DNA of 59,171 bases from an uncultured delta proteobacterium (lineage in GTDB: Bacteria; Desulfobacterota; Binatia; UBA9968), in contig CAVYTU010000003.1 in NCBI GenBank assembly GCA_963771465.1, positions 1 through 59,171 on the forward strand, read 5' to 3'. Positions within the stretch are counted from its first letter, which is position 1. Every line of letters begins with the position of its first letter. The notes below the pieces were generated by a model. The model was not told the origin of the DNA, searched no databases, and saw only the letters and a list, made by a program, of their open reading frames with translations. Both the position numbers and the translations under genes were made by a program. This document shows positions 12,864 through 24,460 of this stretch, in pieces.

Positions 12864-13209
12864 CGAATCTCATCCTCTCCGGAAAAGCGATTCTAACAGC
12901 TATACAGAGCTAGAAAAGATGCGCAAGCTTGGCGGCTCTAACGACACGCGATCTTCGATTTTCAAGCCTCAACGGATCGCAGTATTTTTAAATGGCGGAA
13001 ACACCAAGATCGCCAACGTAGACTTTGGCTCGTTTACAACTCCCAGTACCACCATCAGAAATCTTCTTACACCTTACGCCCTCATCGAGATGCCAGGCCC
13101 AATGCCGTGAACCTCAATGTCACGTCACGGGGTCTATGACCGTCTCATTCGTGAGAGTTGCAAAGATCTGGAATAACTCTTGCCCGCTGATATAGTCGCC
13201 GAGTCTGAT

Positions 13210-14832
13210 ATGGAACCCTTTAGCCCGCAATTTTTTATTTTGACCTTGGCCCTGGTTGGCGTGGTGATTATCATCGCGGCGCTTCTATCCGGCTTCATCG
13301 ATCGCAGCGATATTCCTCAAGTCGGTGTTTTTCTCGCGCTCGGCGCGATGCTCGGTCCCGCCGGATTACAACTGCTCGACGTTTCCCTAAATTCACCGAT
13401 CCTGCGAGTCGTTGCGACCGTGAGCCTCGTGCTGGTGCTGTTTACCGACGCGGTCAGTCTCAGCATCGCAGAGATCCGCCGTCATCGCCTTTTGGCGTTT
13501 CTTGTAATCGGGCCTGGCACTTTGCTTTCGGCGACGCTCATCGCGCTTGCGGCATGGATGCTTTTGGATTTTTCGCCGGCGTTGGCGGTGATGATCGGCG
13601 CTGCACTGGCATCGACCGATCCGGTGATGCTGCGCGGTTTGTTGAGACGTCCGGGTCTTCCTGAAACGGTGCGCCTGGCGTTGCGTCTGGAAAGCGGCTT
13701 GAACGATATCGTCTTGCTGCCGATTATTCTCATCGCCATGGCCGTGTTGAGCCACAGCAATCTTTTCGGCGTCGAATCGGCGCGCCTTGCGCTTGAGCTA
13801 TTTCTCCTCGGGCCCGGAGCCGGTGTCACGGTGGGTTTACTGGCGATTGGAGCGCTCGAATTGGTGCGGCGCAAAACCGGCGTGCGCCGCGACTACGAAT
13901 CTTTATACTCGCTGGGCGTGGCGTTTACCGCTTATGCGGCGGCCGAAGCCGTACACGGTAGCGGCTTCTTGGCCGCTTTCTGCGCCGGCTTGACGATTGC
14001 CGCTCTCGACGTGGAACTATGCGACTGCTTTCTCGAATATGGCCAGACCACCGCGGAGATGACGTTGCTCTTCACCTTCATCCTGTTCGGCAGCTCGCTC
14101 ATATGGCAAGGGCTGCTCGTGCTCAACCCAATGACGATACTTTTCGCCGTAGCCGTGGTGTTGATCCGGCCGATCGTGTTCCTCTTGTCGTTGTCGCGCA
14201 CCAAGCTAGAGCGCCGCAGCTGTTTCTTAATCGCCTGGTTCGGACCGCGCGGCCTAAGTTCCTTACTCTTGATCCTCGTGCCGGTATTCGCCAGCGTGCC
14301 AGGCAGCGAGCAGTTGTTTGTCGTTTGCTGCCTCGTCGTGCTGCTCTCGGTGGCACTGCACGGAGGCTCGTTGATGTTACTGGGCCGAACGCCGCCGCCC
14401 GCTTCCTTGAGCACTGATCAAATCGACACGGCAACGCCAAAAGCCAATGACGGCGCGCCGCGTCCAAGCGCCGTCGAGAACGACAGCGATGGTATATCGC
14501 TCGAAGAACTCCGCGCGCTGCAATCCTCCAGCGCTCCCTTGTTGATCGTCGACGTCCGCGCCGAGACCAGTTTCAACTCCAGCCCATTTCAAGCTCAAGG
14601 CGCGCTACGAATACCCGCCGATCAAATCGTCCGCCGAATCGCCGAACTCAACGTGCCGCGCCAAACCTCGATCATTACGTTCTGTGCTTGACCGGACGAA
14701 GCCACCAGCGCCCGTGCGGCGCAGGAACTCAAACGAGCCGGATGGCAGCGCGCGCGGGCGCTGATCGGCGGATGGGACGCTTGGCAAGCCGCCGAACTAC
14801 CGATCGAGAAGAAGCCAAGTCTGGATGTCTGA
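13210..14832 (+). CDS. CPA1/NhaP-type cation:proton antiporter with C-terminal rhodanese domain; probable selenoprotein (TGA at 14689-14691 read as Sec)
   Basis: STDPV, ESGLND and WFGPRG antiporter motifs; rhodanese IVDVR..AQGALRI..ITFCA-TGA-PDEATSARAAQELKRAGWQRARALIGGWDAW continues in frame to a stop at 14830-14832. Confidence 0.85.
14692..14722 (+). promoter_or_regulatory. Candidate bacterial SECIS element
   Basis: GCGCC-CGUGC-GGCGC stem-loop at 14708-14722, starting 17 nt after the UGA, with GU at loop positions 2-3. Confidence 0.55.
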
Positions 14833-14936
14833 TGGCGCGCGACTTGCTCGCTTTAAAATCTAGATTTAGAAAAACGTCATGCCGACTCAGCTGTATTCTC
14901 ACGCTAGAGGGAGTCAGAGGCATTTGCGATGTTATT

Positions 14937-15025
14937 TGGCGGAGGGGGCGAGATTTGAACTCGCGGCCCACGAAGTGGGCGCCGGTTTTCAAGACCGGTG
15001 GATTAAACCGCTCTCCCACCCCTCC
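14937..15025 (-). tRNA. tRNA-Ser(TGA)
   Basis: Reverse complement GGAGGGGTGGGAGAGCGGTTTAATCCACCGGTCT-TGA-AAACCGG with long variable arm, ending GTTCAAATCTCGCCCCCTCCGCCA. Confidence 0.95.
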
Positions 15026-15162
15026 GAGACATGAAATTGGCAGGACACACAGACCGACTAGAATTGCGGCCAACAACGAACCGACGCGTAGAATAACGAT
15101 TCGGAAATACGGTTACAAGATCGACAGCCAACTTTGCTATCAAATGATGCTTAATCTTAGGC

Positions 15163-15204
15163 TTGACATGATAGCCCTTACCTAGTCATTTTATGACCAT
15201 GACT
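15163..15204 (+). promoter_or_regulatory. Toxin-antitoxin promoter/operator
   Basis: TTGACA at 15163 and palindrome TAGTCAT-ttt-ATGACC-ATGACTA overlapping the antitoxin start. Confidence 0.5.
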
Positions 15205-15450
15205 ACCGTGGATGTAGCGACGTTAAAAGAGAAGCTGAGCTACTACCTGGGCTTGGTTAAAATGGGGCAAGAAGTTGTGGTCACGTCGCATCGCCATCCA
15301 GTTGCCCGGATACTGCGCACTGATACTCCGACCGTGCGTATTGTGGAACCGAGCCGGCCGGTCAAGGATCTTTTGAAGATCAAAGGTGTAAAGCGCCGAC
15401 GCTCAGTTTCCGCTGTGGAAACCCTGCTAAGCGATCGCAGACGCCGTTGA
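15193..15450 (+). CDS. Phd/YefM family antitoxin
   Basis: TVDVATLKEKLSYYLGLVKMGQEVVVTSHRHPVARI pattern; its stop overlaps the toxin start. Confidence 0.88.
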   Translation: MTMTTVDVATLKEKLSYYLGLVKMGQEVVVTSHRHPVARILRTDTPTVRIVEPSRPVKDLLKIKGVKRRRSVSAVETLLSDRRRR

Positions 15451-15895
15451 ATGTCTATCTTCCGTCGTTCTTCGCATCCTATTGTCCTATTTCGAGAACC
15501 CAATCGAATACAATCGAATAGATTCTGGGGGCAGTGGTGATCGCGCCTACAGTAGCGCACTTTGGCGCATCGAAGCTCTTCGTACGGTGGATCGTTTACG
15601 GCTGCTGCATGAAATCACCGATGTCGAAGTGGCTGATCTTGTACGAGATATACAAACCACGCACGACACCTTCGCGATCTGCCCGGTAGATGAGCGAATC
15701 TTGCAACGGGCCAGCGAAACTTTCCCGACCGTTGTTGGCACGCTTGACGCAATCCATCTCGCAACCGCCATCTCGATACGCGAGTCCAGCAATATAGATT
15801 TTCTCCTTACTCATGATTCTCAGCTTGGCACAGCGGCCCGAAGCGTCGGCTTAAACGTCAGTAGTCAATCGTTAATAGACTTCTGTCCAGTCTGA
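15447..15895 (+). CDS. vapC: VapC/PIN-domain toxin; 5' end locally corrupted
   Basis: TTG start overlapping the antitoxin TGA; WRIEA, GTLDAIHLATA, LTHDSQL..AA; short tandem duplications (caatcgaata x2) disrupt the frame at ~15460-15530. Confidence 0.8.
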
Positions 15896-16715
15896 GCGTC
15901 GAGTAATGAAGCTTCAGATGATGCGCTACCTCCACCTGGCTATAACCATGTTCATTGACCGCTTTCGCAATCGTCTGGTCCCGTTTCGATCTCTGTTTGT
16001 CTTTTGCGCCGAACAGTCTCTGAAGCGTCGGCCGGCCGATCAGCCGCTGCCCTCTGGGGATCTCTTGGATCCTCTCATATCCTCTCACATGCCCCTTGAG
16101 CGCTTCGGCGAAGCCTTCCTCCCCCAGTAGACTCTGCGCTTCTAAATTCTCCCATATCGAGGCTCGCCCGATCCCTTCGCTGACAAATTGACGATATTTG
16201 TTCTGCGCCGATCCTCGCCGGTTGCCAAACTGCCCCAGCACTTCGTCGATCATAAGACACCCTGAGGCCGGCGATTGACCGGCGGTGGCTCGATAGCTGC
16301 TCCAGGCCCATTCCCTAGGACCCTTCGCCATGCCTGCAGCCACCGGGTTAAGCACCACGTAGCGACAGACTTCGAGAAAATGGCTGTCTTTCTGAATCAA
16401 AATCCCCTTAAACCGCCCTTGAAACAAATGCCCCACCCGGCGGTGGCGCCGGTTATACGTTTGGGTATACACCCCGTTTAACTGGCGCATCCCTTTGGAC
16501 AAGTTGGCATCGGCGGTCTCCACCACCAGATGGTAATGGTTATCCATCAAACAGTAGGCGTGGCACAGCCAGTGAAATCGCTCGATCACCTGCGCCAGGG
16601 TGTTCAAGAACAACTGACGGTCGGTATCGTCCCTAAAGATCGCCTTGCGTTCGTTGCCCCGGGAGGTGACGTGATACAACGCTCCGTCGTATTCGATCCG
16701 TAATGGCCGCGCCAT
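15858..16715 (-). CDS. REP-associated tyrosine transposase (RAYT, Y1_Tnp) with C-terminal HTH
   Basis: MARPLRIEYDGALYHVTSRGN, YCLMDNHYHL (HUH), GHLFQGRFK, YVVLNPV.AG, WSSY. Confidence 0.9.
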   Translation of the reverse strand: MARPLRIEYDGALYHVTSRGNERKAIFRDDTDRQLFLNTLAQVIERFHWLCHAYCLMDNHYHLVVETADANLSKGMRQLNGVYTQTYNRRHRRVGHLFQGRFKGILIQKDSHFLEVCRYVVLNPVAAGMAKGPREWAWSSYRATAGQSPASGCLMIDEVLGQFGNRRGSAQNKYRQFVSEGIGRASIWENLEAQSLLGEEGFAEALKGHVRGYERIQEIPRGQRLIGRPTLQRLFGAKDKQRSKRDQTIAKAVNEHGYSQVEVAHHLKLHYSTLRLDRSLLTIDY

Positions 16716-16762
16716 GCCAACGACCCTACGTCAATCAATCGAGAAGATCAAGATTCAAGACC

Positions 16763-18014
16763 TGAGCTGGCCCGGGTTTAACGGACAGTTAATTAGGAGA
16801 CAGTTTGACCGATTCGTACTGCATCGGCGTTTGATAATTCAATGACTGATGAATTCGTTTGCGATTGTAAAACAGTTCAATGTACTCGAAGATTTCCGAT
16901 CGAGCCTGATCCCGCGTGTGATAGTCCCGGTGGTGAACGATCTCGTTCTTTAGCGAACTGAAGAAACTTTCAGCGACCGCGTTGTCATAGCAGTTGCCCT
17001 TGCCGCTCATGCTGCGCAGCATCCCGTATTTTTTCAGCAGTTCTACGATAACTCCCACTGGAGTACAAAATCCCCTGGTCGCTGTGGTGAATGAGGCCTG
17101 GCTTGGGCCGGCGTTGCTCCACCGCCATCATCAGGGCCTCATTGGCAAGCTCCTGGTTTGGACGATCCTTCATGGACCAACCCACCACTAAACGGGTATA
17201 TAAGTCGATCATCACGGCCAGGTATAACCAGCCCGAGCGCGTTGGGATGAAGGTTACATCGGTCACCCAGATCTGATCAGGGTAAGCGGCTGTGAAAGGC
17301 CAGCGTAAAAGATTGGGCGGTGCAGGCGCCGTGTTACGGGCCTGATAGGCCAGTCTAAATTTGCGTTTGCGCCGCGCCTCTATCCCTGCCTGCTCGCCTG
17401 AGCCGGGCGACTCGATGCTTTCCGCACACCGTCCCTGATTGCTGTAAGGTCCGCCACGTCTTAGTGGCACCATAAGCCTCTTTCATCTCCAGGTGGATCT
17501 TGCGAATCTTTTTGAGCAGAACACTGATCCTCGGCGGCTGCGCTCACACTCCTCACGCACCTGCCAGTCGTAATACCCACTGCGGCTGACCTGTAACACT
17601 TGGCACATCCGCTGTGACGTGAAACTCTTCGCGGTTAGCTCGCACAAAGGCGTACTTCACTTGAGCTCCTTGGCAAAGTACGCGGCTGCCTTTTTTAAGA
17701 TGTCGCGCTCCTCTTTGACTCGCTCCAACTCCTTGCGCAGTCGAGCCACCTCATCGTTGCTTGCCCGATCCTCGTCCTGATCCAGGGAAAGCTTCTTCGC
17801 CACGCTGACTCATCTGCTCTTTCCACTTGTAGAGCTGATTGCGCCGCACTCCCAGTTCGCGGGCGAGATCTGCTCGGCGGCTTCTGCGAGGTCTCTAGCA
17901 ACCGCACCGCTTCTCGTTTGAACTCGGCGCTAAATCTCTTGCGCTTCGTCATCGAACACCTCCTTCAGGGCTTTTGACCCCTTTCTTGGTGTCCGTCAAA
18001 CCCGGGCTAGCTCA
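16763..18014 (-). mobile_element. IS3-family insertion sequence, 1252 bp
   Basis: 25-bp TIRs TGAGCTGGCCCGGGTTTAACGGACA and TGAGCTAGCCCGGGTTTGACGGACA; OrfA KRFSAEFKREAV; A6G slippery site at 17690-17696; OrfB WVTDVT, HSDQG, GNCYDNAVAESFF; 3-bp flanks acc/gcc; several extra frameshifts. Confidence 0.93.
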
Positions 18015-18015
18015 G

Positions 18016-18061
18016 CCTGACCCCATTTTCCCCACATTTTCCCCATGTGACCCCATTTTCC
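18016..18061. repeat. RAYT-adjacent repeat (TGACCCCATTTTCC copies)
   Basis: cctgaccccattttc cccacattttcccca tgtgaccccattttcc; joins with CAAGACC on the other side of the IS3. Confidence 0.6.
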
Positions 18062-18177
18062 GCATTTTGATTTAACGGATCGGTGATCGTCGCAACTTAG
18101 TTGAATAAACTCGTGCGGCTTTCAAGGAAGAGAAAGCATACAACCAACGACTGTTCTCAGCTTTCGATGGTCTGGAG

Positions 18178-18585
18178 TTACTGAACCAACCGCGGCGGCG
18201 GTTGCAAGACTTCCACCGGCAGCGAGCCGATATGCTGGCCGTCGCTGTGAAGGGCGAATTCGTAGGCGCCCGGTCCGGGAATCGTTAGCTGTTCCAAGCG
18301 CAGGTTAATATTGGCATGGCAAAGGCCAGTAATACTATTTTCACCAATCGCTTGATGTTTGAGCTCGGCACGCATCACCGACGTCCCTTCAACTCGCCGA
18401 AACTCAACCGTGAGCGCGTGCTCGCCTTCAGTATCGCAGCCGACTTGCGCAAACAGCCAAAACGTCGGCAACGGGGCGCGAAAATCGATGACGAGAAAGC
18501 GGTCGAAGACTCCCATGAGACTGAACTTGCCAGTCTTTTCCTCCCGCACGTCGTCGCACAAGGTCGCAAGAAAAAGTTTAGCCAT
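18178..18585 (-). CDS. Hypothetical beta-rich protein (DUF6941-like)
   Basis: LCDDVREEKTGKFSLMGVF...PGPGAYEF pattern. Confidence 0.65.
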   Translation of the reverse strand: MAKLFLATLCDDVREEKTGKFSLMGVFDRFLVIDFRAPLPTFWLFAQVGCDTEGEHALTVEFRRVEGTSVMRAELKHQAIGENSITGLCHANINLRLEQLTIPGPGAYEFALHSDGQHIGSLPVEVLQPPPRLVQ

Positions 18586-18648
18586 AGGACTTCAATTGCA
18601 AAGTTGTAGCGACCGCCTTCGAGCGGATGGAAACGGAAAATCAAACTT

Positions 18649-19921
<1,273 letters not shown>

Positions 19922-19930
19922 GCAGATTCC

Positions 19931-20297
19931 TTAACCAACCTCGAATGCGTTTTCGATATGCTCGATCACAGGCGCGCCGCCGGGCCACGAGATCCCGACG
20001 ACATCAAAGCGGGCGTCGCGTTGATCAAGCTTGCGCTCGTGCAAGAAAAATTGCGCTGCCTGAATCATCTTGTGCTGTTTATGCGCCTCCACCGCCTCGA
20101 ACGGTGAGCCGAAGCTATCATCGGTACGGGTCTTCACTTCGACGAAGACGATCACTTTGCGGTCGAGCATGATCAAATCGACCTCGCCGGTCTTGCACCG
20201 ATAATTACGCTCGACCAGCTCGATAGCCTTTCTTCTTGAGAAATCTCTCGGCGATCTCCTCGCCTTCTTGACCCAGGCGCTTTCTAAAGAAACTCAC
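19931..20297 (-). CDS. yraN: YraN family putative endonuclease, frameshifted near 20220
   Basis: LGQEGEEIAERFL..GY, then ERNYRCKTGEVDLI, FVEVKTR, RFDVV, HIENAF; GTG start overlaps the rnhB stop. Confidence 0.9.
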
Positions 20298-21028
20298 GGA
20301 TTTTTCACCAAACAATCAAACTCAAGCTGCTCGACCTTGGTCACTTCAATCATCAGATCGCGAACCGGTGCAAAGCTCTTTCTGTGGATCGGCGACGGTC
20401 CATGGCGACGCAAGGCTGCAAGATGCGCCGCGCAGCCGTAACCCTTGTGATCGGCAAAACCGTACTCGGGATATTGCTTATCGAGCACGACCATTATCGC
20501 ATCACGGGCAACCTTGGCGACGATCGAAGCCGCGGCAATCGATAAACTCAATTGATCACCTTTGACGATGGTTTTCTGAAAAAATGATGGCGACACAGAA
20601 AAACTCAGCCCATGAAACAAATTGAGGGGAATCGGTTGCTTGCCGTCGATGAGCAAACAATCGGGCCGACAACTGAGCGCGCTCAGCGCCTTGGCCATCG
20701 CCAAGAGGCTCGCCTGCAAAATATTGATGCGATCGATTTCATCGAACTCGACAACGCCTAAACCCCAGCTCAAAGCATTTTGCTGAATCAGCGGCGCCAA
20801 CTTTTCCCTTTGCTTAGCCGTGAGCAGTTTCGAATCTTTGATTTCCTTGTGATGAAACTCACGCGGCAAGATTACCGCGGCGGCGACCACCGGACCCGCT
20901 AGCGGTCCGCGGCCGACTTCATCGACGCCGGCAACGACTTGGAAGCCACGCCCATACGCATCGTCCTCGAAGGCTCGCAAGGAGCGCCGTCTCCGCGCCG
21001 GCAAACCTAATCGCAACTCACCTTTCAT
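20294..21028 (-). CDS. rnhB: Ribonuclease HII
   Basis: GVDEVGRGPLAGPV, DSKLL, LIDG, KGD..SIAAASIVAKVARD, HKGYG, HRKSF. Confidence 0.96.
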   Translation of the reverse strand: MKGELRLGLPARRRRSLRAFEDDAYGRGFQVVAGVDEVGRGPLAGPVVAAAVILPREFHHKEIKDSKLLTAKQREKLAPLIQQNALSWGLGVVEFDEIDRINILQASLLAMAKALSALSCRPDCLLIDGKQPIPLNLFHGLSFSVSPSFFQKTIVKGDQLSLSIAAASIVAKVARDAIMVVLDKQYPEYGFADHKGYGCAAHLAALRRHGPSPIHRKSFAPVRDLMIEVTKVEQLEFDCLVKNP

Positions 21029-21143
21029 GTTGGAGCATTTTTAGCCAAAAGCACTGCTAATGCAAATAAAATACAGCGTTATTGCACCTACCGGCCCGCG
21101 CAGCCGCGTTGGCATTGCCCCGGCCATGTGTTAAAAAAACTCC

Positions 21144-21431
21144 ATGAAACTTACCCGTGAAGAAGTAGCGCGCGTCGCGCTACTGGCGCGCCTTCGTCTC
21201 ACTGCCGACGAAGCGAGCGCGCTGACCGATCAGCTTGATCATATCTTGGTTTACATGGACAAACTCAATCAGATCGACACGGCGAACATCGAACCTTTCA
21301 GCCATGCCCTCGACAGCGCCCATGCCTTGCGCCCCGACAAGGTGACCAATCGGCCCAACGCGGACGCGTTATTGGCCAATGCGCCGGACCGCGACGAGAC
21401 GTTTTTCAAGGTGCCGAAAATCCTCGAATGA
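21144..21431 (+). CDS. gatC: Asp/Glu-tRNA amidotransferase subunit C
   Basis: VALLARL...LANAP....FKVPKILE; first gene of gatCAB. Confidence 0.95.
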   Translation: MKLTREEVARVALLARLRLTADEASALTDQLDHILVYMDKLNQIDTANIEPFSHALDSAHALRPDKVTNRPNADALLANAPDRDETFFKVPKILE

Positions 21432-22885
21432 ATTTGACCGCGCTCACTATACACGAAGCCAGTGACAAGCTGCGCCGGCGCGAATTCTCGTCCGTCGAAC
21501 TCACCGCAGCGGTCTTCGAGCGCATTGCGGCAACCGACGACAAGGTTCGTGCGTATCTGACTCTTGCCCACGATCAAGCGATCGAACAGGCAAAGTCCGC
21601 CGATGAAAAACTGAAAAGCGGCGCAAATCCGGCGCCATTATTAGGTATCCCCATCGCAGTCAAAGATAACTTTCTTACCAGGGGCTTGCGCACGACTTGC
21701 GCATCAAGGATTCTTGGCGATTTTATTCCGCCGTACAACGGCAGCACCGTCGAGCGACTGCTCTCCGCCGGCGCCGTCATCGTCGGCAAGACCAATTTGG
21801 ATGAGTTCGCGATGGGATCGTCGGCCGAGAACTCAGCATTCTTTCCGACGCACAACCCATGGAATCTCGATCGTATACCGGGAGGATCGTCAGGCGGCTC
21901 GGCCGCCGCGGTAGCCGCCGATCTGTGCATCGCCGCCCTCGGCACCGACACTGGCGGTTCGATTCGCCAGCCGGCGGCATGCTGCGGCGTGGTCGGACTA
22001 AAGCCGAGCTACGGCCGTGTCAGCCGTTACGGTATCATCGCCTTTGCTTCATCGATGGACCAAGTCGGACCGCTGACCAAGGACGTGCGCGACTCGGCAT
22101 TGCTGCTGCAAGCGATTGCCGGCCACGATCCGGCCGATTCTACTTCTGCAAATCAATCCGTGCCTGATTACAGCGCTGCGTTGAATGGCAACATTAAGGG
22201 TCTTCGCATCGGAATCTCTAAGGAATACTTCGTCCCAGGCATGCAACCTTTGGTGTACAAAGCGGTGCAAGATGCGATCCGCGAGCTAGGAAAAAATGGC
22301 GCGGTGATTGTTGACATTGCGTTGCCGTACACCGAATACGCCGTAGCCGTCTACTACATCATCGCCACCGCAGAGGCGAGCTCCAATCTGGCGCGCTACG
22401 ATGGCATGCGCTTCGGCCACCGCGCCGACGCGAAAGATCTTACGGATACGTATATGATCAGCCGTGACGAAGGATTCGGCGCCGAGGTCAAGCGCCGCAT
22501 CATGCTCGGCACCTACGTCCTGTCGGCCGGCTATTATGACGCTTACTATCTCAAAGCCCAGCGCGTGCGCACGCTGATCAAAAATGATTTCGACGAAGCC
22601 TTCAAACGTTGTGACGTGATCCTCACGCCAACGGCGCCGACGACTGCATTCAAGATCGGCGAGAAAATCCAAGATCCGCTGCAAATGTATTTATCGGATA
22701 TTTTCACGATCTCGATCAATCTGGCCGGTCTACCGGCAATATCCCTGCCTTGTGGGTTTGATGGCGAGAACATGCCGATCGGCCTGCAAATCATCGGCAA
22801 GCATTTTGACGAAACCACCGTGCTGCGAACCGCGCATGCCTACGAGCAAGCGACGCAATGGCACACGAGGAAACCGACATGTTAA
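21428..22885 (+). CDS. gatA: Asp/Glu-tRNA amidotransferase subunit A
   Basis: [51 protein letters not shown]. Confidence 0.97.
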   Translation: MNLTALTIHEASDKLRRREFSSVELTAAVFERIAATDDKVRAYLTLAHDQAIEQAKSADEKLKSGANPAPLLGIPIAVKDNFLTRGLRTTCASRILGDFIPPYNGSTVERLLSAGAVIVGKTNLDEFAMGSSAENSAFFPTHNPWNLDRIPGGSSGGSAAAVAADLCIAALGTDTGGSIRQPAACCGVVGLKPSYGRVSRYGIIAFASSMDQVGPLTKDVRDSALLLQAIAGHDPADSTSANQSVPDYSAALNGNIKGLRIGISKEYFVPGMQPLVYKAVQDAIRELGKNGAVIVDIALPYTEYAVAVYYIIATAEASSNLARYDGMRFGHRADAKDLTDTYMISRDEGFGAEVKRRIMLGTYVLSAGYYDAYYLKAQRVRTLIKNDFDEAFKRCDVILTPTAPTTAFKIGEKIQDPLQMYLSDIFTISINLAGLPAISLPCGFDGENMPIGLQIIGKHFDETTVLRTAHAYEQATQWHTRKPTC

Positions 22886-22987
22886 TGGATAATGGAAAAT
22901 TGATAATGGATAACGAAAGAGATTCGCTCTCGGGTCGACCTCCGAGCTTTTTCATTCTCCATTCTCCACTCTCCATTCTCCATTCTC
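22884..22987. repeat. Inverted heptamer tandem arrays between gatA and gatB
   Basis: (AATGGAT)-like x5 at 22884-22918 and (CATTCTC) x5 at 22953-22987, around a CTCGG...CCGAG hairpin. Confidence 0.8.
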
Positions 22988-23006
22988 CGTATCGGAGCTT
23001 GCGACG

Positions 23007-24455
23007 ATGAAGTACGAACCTGTCATCGGCCTCGAAGTCCACGCCCAACTGCTCACCGAGTCGAAAATCTTCTGCGGCTGTTCGACCCAGTTCGGCCGCG
23101 AGCCCAACGCCAACACCTGTCCGGTTTGTGCCGGTTTTCCCGGTGTCTTACCGGTGCTGAATAAGAAGGTCGTGGAATTCGCCATCAAAGCCGGCTTGGC
23201 AACCCACTGCCAAATCGCTCGGTCGAGCATTCTCGCGCGCAAGAACTATTTTTATCCCGACTTGCCCAAGGGCTATCAGATCAGCCAATACGAGCTGCCG
23301 GTCTGCGCCAGCGGCCATATCGATATCGACTTTGACGGTGCGTCGAAGCGGATTCGGTTGACGCGTATTCACATGGAAGAAGACGCCGGTAAAAATATCC
23401 ATGACGCCCACGGCGACTCCAGCCTGGTCGATCTCAACCGCGCCGGCGTGCCGCTGCTGGAAATCGTCAGCGAGCCCGATATGCGGTCGGCGGCGGAAAC
23501 CGGCGCCTATTTGCGAACGCTCCGAGCGATCCTGCAATATCTCGCCATCTGCGACGGCAACATGGAGGAAGGCAGCTTTCGTTGCGACGCCAACGTCTCG
23601 GTCCGGCCCGAAGGAACGTCCGCATTGGGCACGAAGATCGAAATCAAAAATCTCAATTCCTTCAAAGCCGTCGAGCGTGCCATCGAGTTCGAAATCGAGC
23701 GCCAAAGCGACACCCTTACCGACGGCGGCAAACTATTACAGGAAACTCGGCTGTGGGACGAGCACCGGGAAGAAACCCGTTCCATGCGGTCAAAAGAATC
23801 GGCGCACGACTATCGTTATTTTCCCGATCCCGACCTGCTGCCACTGGTGATCGATGAGCCATGGATAGAAGCCGTGCGCGCTTCGTTGCCGGAGTTACCC
23901 GCCGCGCGCAAACAGCGGTTTGTTTCCGAGTATGGCCTGCAAGCGTACGATGCGGAACTGCTCACCAGCCGAAAGGACATCGCCGACTATTTTGAAAACG
24001 GGCTAAAAATTCACGCCAATCCGAAAGCGCTTAGCAACTGGATCGTCGGCGATCTCTTTCGCGTCTTGAAAGATAAGCAACTCGATAATCAGCTTTATAT
24101 CGACACTTGGCCGGTATCGGCGACGCACTTGGCGGAATTGGTGCAGCTCATCGATCAAGACAAGATCAGCGGGAAAATCGCCAAGAGCGTGTTCGAAGCG
24201 CTGCTGGATTCAGACAAGTCGCCGCAACAAATCGTCAGTGAAAAAGGACTGGAACAAGTTTCCGATAGGGATAGTATCGAGGCCGCTGTCGATCAAGTCT
24301 TGGCGGCCAACGGCAAACAAATCGAACAATACAAATCGGGCAATGAAAAAGTCTACGGCTTTCTCGTCGGCCAGATCATGAAGGCGACCCAGGGCAAAGC
24401 CAACCCGCACAAGCTCAACGAAATATTGCGCGCGAAGCTAAAAGCCAAGGATTAA
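23007..24455 (+). CDS. gatB: Asp/Glu-tRNA amidotransferase subunit B
   Basis: [58 protein letters not shown]. Confidence 0.97.
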   Translation: MKYEPVIGLEVHAQLLTESKIFCGCSTQFGREPNANTCPVCAGFPGVLPVLNKKVVEFAIKAGLATHCQIARSSILARKNYFYPDLPKGYQISQYELPVCASGHIDIDFDGASKRIRLTRIHMEEDAGKNIHDAHGDSSLVDLNRAGVPLLEIVSEPDMRSAAETGAYLRTLRAILQYLAICDGNMEEGSFRCDANVSVRPEGTSALGTKIEIKNLNSFKAVERAIEFEIERQSDTLTDGGKLLQETRLWDEHREETRSMRSKESAHDYRYFPDPDLLPLVIDEPWIEAVRASLPELPAARKQRFVSEYGLQAYDAELLTSRKDIADYFENGLKIHANPKALSNWIVGDLFRVLKDKQLDNQLYIDTWPVSATHLAELVQLIDQDKISGKIAKSVFEALLDSDKSPQQIVSEKGLEQVSDRDSIEAAVDQVLAANGKQIEQYKSGNEKVYGFLVGQIMKATQGKANPHKLNEILRAKLKAKD

Positions 24456-24460
24456 CGATT

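Noticed and set aside
14833-14840. att-site remnant matching the tRNA-Arg 3' end (TGGCGCGC)
   Set aside because: An 8-bp GC-rich match is expected by chance
14937-15025. tRNA-Sec (selC) next to the putative selenoprotein
   Set aside because: The anticodon on the coding strand is TGA (Ser), not TCA, and the acceptor stem is a normal 7 bp; it is tRNA-Ser(UGA)
14688-15185. 165-aa ORF following the antiporter
   Set aside because: It is in a different frame from the rhodanese continuation, runs across a tRNA gene and has no protein-like features
22884-22987. CRISPR array
   Set aside because: Units are 7-bp tandem repeats with no unique spacers, and no cas genes are present; the same applies to 34929-35012 and 38072-38162
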